From Burkholderiaceae bacterium (GTDB lineage Bacteria > Pseudomonadota > Gammaproteobacteria > Burkholderiales > Burkholderiaceae_F), in contig JBDUCU010000002.1 in NCBI GenBank assembly GCA_040003315.1, positions 5,832 to 69,831 of the forward strand: a stretch of DNA of 64,000 nucleotides, written 5' to 3'. A model generated the notes under the pieces. The model was not told the origin of the DNA and searched no databases. It saw only the letters and a list, made by a program, of their open reading frames with translations. A program made the position numbers and the translations under genes. Positions 32,279-40,421 of the stretch are shown in pieces (the stretch's first letter is position 1; the number at the start of each line of letters is the position of its first letter).

Positions 32279-33859
32279 TCAGTTTATGCGGACCCAACGC
32301 AGTTCAACTACATCGTTCGGCCACTGCACCGCGTCGATGTTCGGGCGCATCACCCATGTCAGTTTGCGACGATATAGCGGCAGCAGCGGCAGATCGGCAT
32401 TCATCATGCGCAAAGCGTCGCCGGTCAAGGTGCGCCGTTTGGCCAGATCGGGCTCGACGCGAATCGCGTCGATCAGTGCATCGAGTTTAGAGTTCGAATA
32501 GCGCCCGCCGTTAAAGGCGCCGCTGCCGGCTGCGTCAAAGGTTCGGACGATGTTGTTGAACATGACCCAGGGATCGGTGCCGGGACTCCAGCCGAACTCG
32601 AAGAAGCTGGTGGTGGCCTGCGTCAGTTTTGGAAAGAAGGTGGAACTGGGCGAAGGTTGAAACGAAACGCGGATACCCACCTGCGCGAGCATCGCGCTGA
32701 TGGCCTGGCACACCGCCGCCCGAAAGGTGATGTTGACGCAATCGAGCGCGACGTCGAAACCTTCACCGTAGCCGGCTTCCTTCAGCAGGCTGCGCGCGGT
32801 CGATGGGCTGTACGGCAGACGTTTATCGAGCTCGGGCAAATATCCGTCAACCAGCGGTGACACATGCCCGCCTGCCGGCGTGGCTTGGCCGCGCAACACC
32901 TTGGAAATGATGGCGTCGATATCGATTGCGTGATAGATCGCGTGGCGCACTCGCACATCTTTGAACGGATTGCGTCCCTTGATGTCGGAAGATTGCAGCT
33001 CCGTGCGCGCCTGATCGAAGCCCAGATACTGCGTGCCGATGTCGCTCGTTTCGAGCGACTTCAGAGACGAATCGCGCTTTAGCCGCGCAACATCCTGAAA
33101 CGGCGGATCGATGACGAAGTCGACCTCGCCCGATGCCAGAGCGGCAAGCCGTGTCGCGTCGGCCTGGATCACCGTGTAGATCACATCGGTGAGATTGCCG
33201 ATGCCGGCGAGCCCTTTGCCCCACCAGTTCGGGTTGGCTTCAAGCACCACGCGCCTGTCCTGCTCGTACGTTTTCAACACGAATGGTCCCGTGCCATTCG
33301 CGTTGCGCACCGCGTAGGTTTCCTGTTTGCCGTTGTAGTCCTGAGGCAGCGTCACGCCGTTTTTCTCAGCCCACTGCTTGCTCATCATCGCGACCAGCCA
33401 TAGCTTGTCGGGCAGGATCGCATCGGGCGCCGCCAGCTGAAAGTCGATCGTCAGCGAGTCGACCTTGTTGACGCGAACGACGCCGCGCAGCTGGCTGGCT
33501 CGCTGCGAAGTCTTCGCCAGCGCGCGCTCGATCGAAAACACGGCATCGTCCGCGGTGAACGGAGTGCCATCGTGAAACCTCACGTTCGGTCTGAGCTTGA
33601 ACCTCCACTGCGTCGGAGTCATTGCCTGCCACGACACGGCGAGCGAAGGTTCAAGCTTGAAGTTGCGATCGCGATTGAGCAGACCTTCGTAGATTTGCGT
33701 CACGACGCGCGTTTGGTAGAGCAGCGCAAGCGAGTGCGGATCCAGCGAATTCGGATCGAACGCGCTTGCGAGCCGCAGTGTCTTGGCGGACACGTTCGAG
33801 GCGAGCAACAGCGCAGCAAGCAGCGCTGTTGCAAGATGGAGCGGCGAACGTCTGCGCAT
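32279..33859 (-). CDS. ABC transporter substrate-binding protein, family 5 (peptide/opine/nickel type)
   Basis: 526 aa with signal peptide MRRRSPLHLATALLAALLLASNVSA. SBP_bac_5-like pattern (LRLASAFDPNSLDPH..., GTGPFVLK). Confidence 0.85.
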   Translation of the reverse strand: MRRRSPLHLATALLAALLLASNVSAKTLRLASAFDPNSLDPHSLALLYQTRVVTQIYEGLLNRDRNFKLEPSLAVSWQAMTPTQWRFKLRPNVRFHDGTPFTADDAVFSIERALAKTSQRASQLRGVVRVNKVDSLTIDFQLAAPDAILPDKLWLVAMMSKQWAEKNGVTLPQDYNGKQETYAVRNANGTGPFVLKTYEQDRRVVLEANPNWWGKGLAGIGNLTDVIYTVIQADATRLAALASGEVDFVIDPPFQDVARLKRDSSLKSLETSDIGTQYLGFDQARTELQSSDIKGRNPFKDVRVRHAIYHAIDIDAIISKVLRGQATPAGGHVSPLVDGYLPELDKRLPYSPSTARSLLKEAGYGEGFDVALDCVNITFRAAVCQAISAMLAQVGIRVSFQPSPSSTFFPKLTQATTSFFEFGWSPGTDPWVMFNNIVRTFDAAGSGAFNGGRYSNSKLDALIDAIRVEPDLAKRRTLTGDALRMMNADLPLLPLYRRKLTWVMRPNIDAVQWPNDVVELRWVRIN

Positions 33860-33977
33860 CGCTGCTAGTCTGGCATGCCGCAGCCCCTGACGGTGGCCAC
33901 ACTAGACAAGCGAGACTGCAGCACAGATCCAGAAACCCGACGCGCTTCCTGCGCCGACTCCCCCTGATTCGCCCTTA

Positions 33978-34271
33978 CTAGTTGATGTCCCCGCTTTGAT
34001 GGCGGCGACTTTCAACCGCAGCACTTGCGTCCGCTCGCTTGGCGACGACCTTCGGATCGGTGCCTTTGGCGGACGCTTCGTCGCGGGTAACTGCAGGCGT
34101 TTCTGTCCGTGGCGATGGCATTTTCAAACGCAGCGATGGAGTCGCGTCCAGCACTTCGTAAGTAAAGGGACTGGTGGCGGGCTCCATCGAAGGACGCGTC
34201 GCTACCGATTCGGCCATCGCACCGCACGAGACGAGCGTTAAAGCAGCGGCAACAAGAATTCGATTACGCAT
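33978..34271 (-). CDS. Small secreted protein or lipoprotein, unknown function
   Basis: 97 aa with SD GAGGAG 7 nt upstream. Signal MRNRILVAAALTLVSCGAMA, with possible lipobox LVSC. The mature part is Pro/Ser/Thr-rich. Confidence 0.55.
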   Translation of the reverse strand: MRNRILVAAALTLVSCGAMAESVATRPSMEPATSPFTYEVLDATPSLRLKMPSPRTETPAVTRDEASAKGTDPKVVAKRADASAAVESRRHQSGDIN

Positions 34272-34378
34272 TTGGACTCCTCAAGTTAACGGCTGTGATC
34301 GGATTGACACAGCACGATCAATGAGGCGTACAGTGCGCCGCGTGGGTTGGAATAAAAAGACCTATCCTTCCAAATTAT

Positions 34379-35419
34379 ATGTCGAATCGTTCAGGCCCTC
34401 CGAAGACCCGTCGCAGTTCAGCGTCGCCCGCGCGGCCGCGCCTGAAACTCACCGCGCCCGCGCGCGCGCCCTATGATCTGCTGACCGACGTGATGGACCA
34501 GGTTCGCCTGGAATCGACTGTCTATTTCGTCCTCGAGACCCGCGCGCCTTGCGCAATCTCGATCGCGCGGCCCGGGCGTTCGCCTTTTTACGCAATCACC
34601 GCCGGGACGTGTCAGCTGGTTCTGGGGCGAAAGGTGTATCAGCTGAGCGAAGGTGACTTTGTGCTTCTCCCCAGCGGCGCAGCGCACATCATGCGTTGTA
34701 CTGCGGATGCGCCGCCGGTGGCGCTCGACGATTGGATGCAGCTGCACCCAAAGAGCGAGTCGGGCTTCGTGCGAATCGATGGTCCAGGGCCGACGCTGTG
34801 CATCACTGGCGGCTTCTTCTCGTTCACCGCACTGAAAGCCAATCCGATGTTCGACGTGCTGCCGCCGATCATTCACCTTCGGGGCGACGATCCCTATGTG
34901 CAGGAGTGGCTCGAACCGACGTTGAGATTCATACACGCCGAAATTGCGTGTCGTCACCAGGGATCGGAAACCGTCTTGCGAAGGATGGCCGACGTGCTGT
35001 TCATTCAGGCGGTACGCGCGTACGCCGCGCAGCACGCGTGCGCGACCAGCTGGCTGCGCGGGTTGAGCGACCATCGTGTCGGCAAGGCGCTCGCACTACT
35101 GCACGATCGATACGCCGAACCGTGGACACTCGAATCTCTTGCACGTGAAGTTGGAACGTCGCGCACGGCGCTGGCAGTGCGCTTCAAGGAACTGGTCGGA
35201 GAGGCACCGATGGCTTACCTGACCCGTTGGCGCATTACACGTGCGGCGAATCGGATGCGCAGCGAACGAATCAATCTGTCCCGGCTGGCGGAAAGCGTCG
35301 GCTACAACTCGGATGCCGTGTTCTCGAAGGCGTTTCGACGAATTACCGGGCAGTCGCCTGGAAAATATCGTCACTCCGCGGATGCCACTGAGTTGCTGGC
35401 ATTACGCAGCGCCGCGTGA
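34379..35419 (+). CDS. AraC-family transcriptional regulator with N-terminal cupin_6-type sensor domain
   Basis: DLLTDVMDQVRLES start of the cupin_6 domain. C-terminal double HTH (LESLAREVGTSRTALAVRFKELVGEAPMAYLTRWR..., VGYNSDAVFSKAFRRITGQSPGKY). The start codon is uncertain. Confidence 0.8.
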   Translation: MSNRSGPPKTRRSSASPARPRLKLTAPARAPYDLLTDVMDQVRLESTVYFVLETRAPCAISIARPGRSPFYAITAGTCQLVLGRKVYQLSEGDFVLLPSGAAHIMRCTADAPPVALDDWMQLHPKSESGFVRIDGPGPTLCITGGFFSFTALKANPMFDVLPPIIHLRGDDPYVQEWLEPTLRFIHAEIACRHQGSETVLRRMADVLFIQAVRAYAAQHACATSWLRGLSDHRVGKALALLHDRYAEPWTLESLAREVGTSRTALAVRFKELVGEAPMAYLTRWRITRAANRMRSERINLSRLAESVGYNSDAVFSKAFRRITGQSPGKYRHSADATELLALRSAA

Positions 35420-35575
35420 GGACCGCGCCCCGACCGACGGCGGCGATCCGGGGGAATCGCGCACCGCCGACCGGAAACTCGGCCGTTCTTCACTTCTTCT
35501 TTCTGCACGCACCCCATCGATGGCGCGTCACCCCTAGCGAGCTTTGGCTGCAGAAGCCGGATGCGCCGCTGCCGC

Positions 35576-35707
35576 CTAGACGGCGAATACACCGGCGTGC
35601 TCGACTAGTTCGATCACGAACCCAAGGTGCGTTACAGCGACCGTGGCGACGATGATCAAGACATAGAAGAAGTTGTCCTTGCTCGAGAATCGATCATTGC
35701 GTTTCAT
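35576..35707 (-). CDS. Unannotated small ORF (43 aa) encoding a single-TM peptide
   Basis: My translation: MKRNDRFSSKDNFFYVLIIVATVAVTHLGFVIELVEHAGVFAV*. SD GAGGAG lies 8 nt upstream of the ATG. About 70 percent G/C at third positions by hand count. It is below the 60-aa track cutoff. Confidence 0.4.
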   Translation of the reverse strand: MKRNDRFSSKDNFFYVLIIVATVAVTHLGFVIELVEHAGVFAV

Positions 35708-35724
35708 GACACAACTCCTCTTAG

Positions 35725-35774
35725 GAAAAAAAGCACAAACAAAAAGCCCGGAGGCGTTCAGCGATCCGGGCTTT
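35725..35774 (-). terminator. Rho-independent terminator (minus strand)
   Basis: 10-bp stem AAAGCCCGGA/TCCGGGCTTT (35743-35752 and 35765-35774). On the minus strand it is followed by TTTTTGTTTGTGCTTTTTTT. A second 9-bp hairpin (35787-35811) spans the stop of the preceding small ORF. Confidence 0.6.
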
Positions 35775-35794
35775 GGTTGCCAGCTGAGGTTCAG

Positions 35795-35962
35795 CTACAC
35801 GCCTGAACCTCCGCTCGGATCAATCCTCAGCACGGCCGCACCGAACAGCTGTTGCCCGGCGCTGAACGCAACGACGCCGGTCACCGACATCGCGCGCCCA
35901 CCGCCCATCGTCGCGAACTGAAGTCGCGCCGAACGTGGCATAAGGCTGCACAGGTTGAACAT
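35795..35962 (-). CDS. Unannotated small ORF (55 aa), unknown function
   Basis: My translation: MFNLCSLMPRSARLQFATMGGGRAMSVTGVVAFSAGQQLFGAAVLRIDPSGGSGV*. SD GGAGG lies 7 nt upstream. High third-position G/C. Followed by two hairpins and a T-tract. Internal ATGs (codons 8, 19, 25) are alternative starts. Confidence 0.45.
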   Translation of the reverse strand: MFNLCSLMPRSARLQFATMGGGRAMSVTGVVAFSAGQQLFGAAVLRIDPSGGSGV

Positions 35963-36001
35963 CTCAAGACCTCCACTAACCGGCTAATCGCCGGGAAACG
36001 A

Positions 36002-36029
36002 AATATACGGCTGCCGCTTTATTTGTCGA
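36002..36029 (-). promoter_or_regulatory. Candidate sigma70 promoter for the small-ORF transcript (TCGACA-N16-TATATT on the minus strand)
   Basis: Hexamers read on the reverse complement, in an AT-rich divergent region shared with the lipoprotein gene. Confidence 0.3.
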
Positions 36030-36113
36030 AGTATTTTGCGCGTGAATATTCCGTAGTGTTGCGCGCGCGCAGCGCTAATATGCGCAGCAGATGTCGTCAC
36101 GAGGAGGAAAAAA

Positions 36114-36593
36114 ATGAAGAAATTGCTGTTGATCGGTATTGCTTGCGTGGGGCTGCTGTCTGGCTGCGCTCACTTTCAAGATGCAAGACTCGGGCTTGAA
36201 GGTTTTAACCCTCGGGTGATCCGGCAACCGCAACCACTTTTGCCGAACGTCTTTGTTGTGAATAGTCGGCTCGTGGTCGATCAGGAGCCGATTCGGATTA
36301 GCAGGCGAGAGGTCGGGCACGATGGTCGCGTGACTATCTCGTGGGCACTGGCAGCGGGGAGCCCATACACGTTCGCAAATAAAGGTATTGAGTTTCCTCG
36401 TGAACCGAACAAAGGAAAGCAACCACCTGAACTCGATTGTCGCGTCCAAGGTTCTGCGCGAAAAATAGCCGAATGTACCTTCAGACCGCCTGTTGGGCGA
36501 TCGGAATTCAAGTACACCATCTACGTACAGAACCCGCAAAACAAAAGCGAGGTGATCGAGCCTCTAGACCCGTACGTCGTAAGCGACATTTAG
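36114..36593 (+). CDS. Orphan lipoprotein, unknown function
   Basis: SD GAGGAGG upstream. MKKLLLIGIACVGLLSGC lipobox. Visibly AT-richer codon usage than its neighbours. The 3' end overlaps the convergent cyclase gene by 30 nt. Confidence 0.65.
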   Translation: MKKLLLIGIACVGLLSGCAHFQDARLGLEGFNPRVIRQPQPLLPNVFVVNSRLVVDQEPIRISRREVGHDGRVTISWALAAGSPYTFANKGIEFPREPNKGKQPPELDCRVQGSARKIAECTFRPPVGRSEFKYTIYVQNPQNKSEVIEPLDPYVVSDI

Positions 36594-39239
36594 TCGATCT
36601 GCAGCTTCGCTTTCATTCTGTAGTCGTGCATGCGCGAGCGCGAGGGCTTCTTCGTACGGCATTGATCGACCGATCCTGGCCGTAGCTTCAAATCTGGGTG
36701 GACAAAGTTCGGTCTTTGCTCGCAGCATCAGCCGCGCCAGAAACGCGTCATCAACGGCGTCTCGGCGCAGGCCTGCTTGCTCAGCTTGCGCTTCCGCCGC
36801 GCCAAAGAGCTTCGCCGCCGTTTCACAATCTCTACAAAACGCACATAGCGCCGCGGTGACTTCCAAAGCGCTTACGCCAACCTGCCGAGATCCCATTCGT
36901 ACAGCGATCGCGAGCGCCTCACTAAGCATCGGACGGGCGTGTTCGCCATTTGCTTGATCAATTGAAACCATCGCGAGATTGAGCAGCCCTATAGCAGTTG
37001 CCTCTTGATCGCCTAACTCGCGGAAGAGCGACAAGGCACTTTCGTAGAGCGGCTCGGCATTTGTTAGTTGTCCCTCCATTCGATGAAGCTGCGCGAGGGA
37101 AATGAGCGCTACGGCTAACTCTCGCCGTTTGCCGAGCCCTCGCGCCAACGAAACTGCCTCTTCTCCGTACGCGCGAGCATTGTCCAAGTCTCCCAATCCG
37201 ACCGCTGCCATTCCAAGAGGTTGCAGCACAGACACAATTCTCGCTTGGTCGCCGATCTCGCGAGCGATCGTGAGGCTTTCCTTCAAGTACTGTTGTGCTT
37301 GGGCATGGCGGCCCATAAAACAGCAAAGCTGTCCCGCGTCAAACAGCCCGCGGCAACGGGCGAAGTCGCGGCGCTGGGAGTCGATGCGCCCAAGCGCTTC
37401 GGCCGTGACTCGATAACCCTGTTCCAGCAGACCTCTGTTGATCCAATAACTCTTCAGCGCGCTCGCTAACCGCAGACCGTCTTCTGATGCCGATTTGGCG
37501 CTATCGATCCAGCGATGTGCGGAAAGCAAATTTTCCCTATCGACATCAAGTCGGGCGAGCGCGGATTCGTGTGTTGGACTGCCGAACTCTGCACGCGCTT
37601 GTTCGGCTAGGGCTAGGAAGAACTGGAGATGCCGATTGCGCACTGCAGCTGCATCGTTGGCTGCGTCTAGTTTCTCCTGCGCGTAGTGCCGGACCGTATC
37701 CAACATCCGATATCGGTCGCCCCCGACGTCCGTGACCACCAACGATTTTTCTACGAGGCACGTCAGCAGATCGAGAACATCCGCTTTGAGCAGTTCCGCA
37801 TCGGCGCACACCGCCTCCGCGGCTTCCAAGGTCCAGCCACCAGCGAATACCGACAGGCGCTGAAACAGAGTGCGCTCGGCTTCGGTCAGCAGGTCGTAGC
37901 TCCAGTCGATCAACGCGCGCAATGTGCGTTGGCGCGGCAGAACGGTCTGATCGCCGGTGACGAGCAGGCGGAAGCGATCATGCAGCCGGGCGGCGATCGC
38001 TTCGGGCGACAGGGCGCGGATCCGCGCCGCGGCCAGCTCGATCGCAAGCGGAATGCCGTCGAGGCGACGGCAGATGTCGACTACTGAAGCGGCGTTTTTT
38101 TTGTTAAGGCTAAAACCCTGGCGTGCGGCCGACGCACGGTCGACAAAGAGCCGCACTGCTTCGTGTCGGATCATCGATTCGATATCGATGCTCTGCTGTG
38201 CGTCGGGGACTGACAAAGTCGGGACGTGATAAGCGGTTTCACCGGCGACCTGCAGGTAGTCGCGGCTCGACGTCAGAATCTTGATGCGCGATCCTGCCTG
38301 CAACAGCCGCTTTGCAAGGTCGGCGCACCCGTGTACCACTTGCTCGCAGTTGTCGAGAATGATCAGCAGCTGCAGATCGCGCACATACTTGATCAGCGCT
38401 TCGACGACGGGCCGGCCGGCTTCTTCCTTGACACCGAGCACCGAGGCCACCGCCTGAGGTACGGCGTCCGGATCGGTCAGCGCGGCAAGCTCGACGAACC
38501 AAACCCCATCCGGAAAATCATCCAGCACATCGGCGGCGAGCTGCAACGACAACCGCGACTTGCCGATGCCGCCCATGCCAAGCAGCGTGACCAGCCGGTT
38601 CGACATCAACAGCTGCCTGACCTCAGTCAGCTCGCGCTCGCGGCCGATAAACGAGTTCAGTTGCTGGGTCAGATTGTTGGGTGTCCCCTCAAGCGAACGC
38701 AGTGCAGGAAAGTCGGCGCGCAGTTGCGGGTGCAGCAGCTGATATATGTGCTCCGGGCTCGATAGATCTCGCAGCCGCACCGAGCCGAGATCGCGCAGCG
38801 AGACGTCGGGCGGCGGCGTCGCGCCGATCTGCTCGGCCACTGCACGCGACAGCAATATCTGGCCGCCGTGCGCGGCGCACATGATGCGCGCGGCGCGGTT
38901 GACCGCGCGGCCGTAAAAATCTCCGTCGCGCCGCTCGTCGATGCCCGTGTGCAACCCGCAACGCAACGGCAGCGCCATTCCATGTTCTGACTCGGACGAC
39001 GACAATCGCTGCTGGATTTCGATACTTGCCAACACGGCGTCGATCGGGCTATCGAACGCTGCGTGCACGCCGTCGCCGGTCATCTTGACCACTGTGCCGC
39101 GATGGCGTTCGACGGCAGCCCTGGAAACGGTGTCGTGATGCGCCATTACCGGAAGCATCCGCTCGGGATCGTGTTCCCATAGGCGGGTGCTGCCCTCGAT
39201 GTCGGTAAAAACGAATGTGACGGGAGATGGGTCGGACAC
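36564..39239 (-). CDS. Class III adenylate/guanylate cyclase fused to an NB-ARC (STAND) ATPase and C-terminal TPR array
   Basis: Cyclase motifs: FVFTDIEGST, VKMTGDGVHAAF, RCGLHTG, DFYGRAVNRAARI. NB-ARC motifs: Walker A GMGGIGKS, Walker B LLIILDNCE, ILTSSRD, GIPLAIE. About 380 aa of TPR-like helical repeats follow. GTG start. Confidence 0.9.
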   Translation of the reverse strand: MSDPSPVTFVFTDIEGSTRLWEHDPERMLPVMAHHDTVSRAAVERHRGTVVKMTGDGVHAAFDSPIDAVLASIEIQQRLSSSESEHGMALPLRCGLHTGIDERRDGDFYGRAVNRAARIMCAAHGGQILLSRAVAEQIGATPPPDVSLRDLGSVRLRDLSSPEHIYQLLHPQLRADFPALRSLEGTPNNLTQQLNSFIGRERELTEVRQLLMSNRLVTLLGMGGIGKSRLSLQLAADVLDDFPDGVWFVELAALTDPDAVPQAVASVLGVKEEAGRPVVEALIKYVRDLQLLIILDNCEQVVHGCADLAKRLLQAGSRIKILTSSRDYLQVAGETAYHVPTLSVPDAQQSIDIESMIRHEAVRLFVDRASAARQGFSLNKKNAASVVDICRRLDGIPLAIELAAARIRALSPEAIAARLHDRFRLLVTGDQTVLPRQRTLRALIDWSYDLLTEAERTLFQRLSVFAGGWTLEAAEAVCADAELLKADVLDLLTCLVEKSLVVTDVGGDRYRMLDTVRHYAQEKLDAANDAAAVRNRHLQFFLALAEQARAEFGSPTHESALARLDVDRENLLSAHRWIDSAKSASEDGLRLASALKSYWINRGLLEQGYRVTAEALGRIDSQRRDFARCRGLFDAGQLCCFMGRHAQAQQYLKESLTIAREIGDQARIVSVLQPLGMAAVGLGDLDNARAYGEEAVSLARGLGKRRELAVALISLAQLHRMEGQLTNAEPLYESALSLFRELGDQEATAIGLLNLAMVSIDQANGEHARPMLSEALAIAVRMGSRQVGVSALEVTAALCAFCRDCETAAKLFGAAEAQAEQAGLRRDAVDDAFLARLMLRAKTELCPPRFEATARIGRSMPYEEALALAHARLQNESEAADRLNVAYDVRV

Positions 39240-39329
39240 GAGGTTGACCCTGAAATCAAGCAGGCACGATGTTACTGCGCGGCGCGTGAAATCTGCGCCA
39301 CCGGTCGATCAGTCCAGCTCGACGTCGGC

Positions 39330-40421
39330 CTACAGGCAGTGATGGTCTGATGCCTGCAACAGTCCGCGATCGGCCGGCGCCGCGTTCTTGATTTCCTCGT
39401 AGGGTCCCCAGAGCGTCGAAAAGTATCCTTTGCGGTTGACGTCGACTGCTTTTACACGCCGGCTCAAGGCCGGGCTTATCAGCAGGTAGTCGATTTTTTC
39501 GGTTTTGCCGGTGGTCTTGTAGGTGCCGGGGCGGCCCGAATACACCGGCAGCGACCTCGCATCGGTCAGCTTCGTATTTTTCACCAGCGGATCCAGGCTG
39601 CCGCCCGCGGGGTAATCGTTCGAGTCACCGGCTACGACGATCCGCGGTGTGCGCTTGCGCAGATCGCTGGCGATCCTCACCACTTCACCCGCCGGCTCGA
39701 TGCGCTTGCGACCGCGCGGGTCACTGCCCTTGCTTGAGAAATGATTGCCGACCAGCGCGACGAAGTTCGGCTTTCCGACGTCATATGGAACTCGATCGAG
39801 TCGCGCGGAAAGATCGGATTGCCGGAGCTCGAGAGCCGATGCACGTTCGACCGCATGCCGACGAGCGGATCGCGGGTGGTCATCCCGATGTCAATTCGGC
39901 GCGCGTCGTTGCCGTCGACCAGCATGATGATCCGATGGCGCGCATATCCCTGGCTTTCGAGCAGCAGCCACACCAGCTGGTCATAGAACCGCTGCAGCGT
40001 CGGCCGGTCTTACCTCAACCAGCAGCAGCAGCACGTCGGCATTGACTTCCGCGATGACGCGCGCGGTGTTACGCAACGCCGCCGCATTGATCTGCACGCG
40101 GCGTAGGTCGAGCCAGCCGATCCAGTCGGCGCGGCCGTTGGCCTTGATTTCGACCGCCTTTCCGTTGGCATAGAGAGCAAAGTCGCCGCGGATGTCGCGC
40201 AGAACAACATGTTTCGGCGCCACTCTGCCGCTGGTCAGCCCGTTACGATTCATGATCGCCAGAAATTTCTCTTTATCGTGCGCCAAATAGCGCGGCGCGC
40301 CGGTGATCAAATTGAAGCGGGTGTAGTCGATCAGGATCGGCTTGGCGACACTCCAGTCCTAGTAACTCAGGGCGAGCGGTCGGCTGAACAAATTCTCGAC
40401 GTTGAAGGTCGCGAAGCGCAC
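39330..40421 (-). pseudogene. Decayed endonuclease/exonuclease/phosphatase (EEP) family gene
   Basis: Reading from GTG 40421 gives VRFATFNVENLFSRPLALSY, then an in-frame TAG at 40359-40361. EEP landmarks (LLLVEV, VDGNDARRIDIGM, NHFSSKGSDP, VAGDSNDYP, IDYLLISP, ASDHH) are spread over three track ORFs. The frame shifts near 40005-40015 and near 39775-39795. Confidence 0.75.

Noticed and set aside
35673-36199. Plus-strand track ORFs 35673-35921 and 35852-36199 in the AT-rich islet.
   Set aside because: They have no SD and an odd composition. They run antisense to the better-supported minus-strand small ORFs and through the terminator hairpin.
40359-40361. In-frame TAG in the EEP gene as possible recoding (readthrough or pyrrolysine).
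   Set aside because: The same gene also carries two frameshifts. No pyl genes or recoding signals are visible. Simple decay is the simpler explanation.
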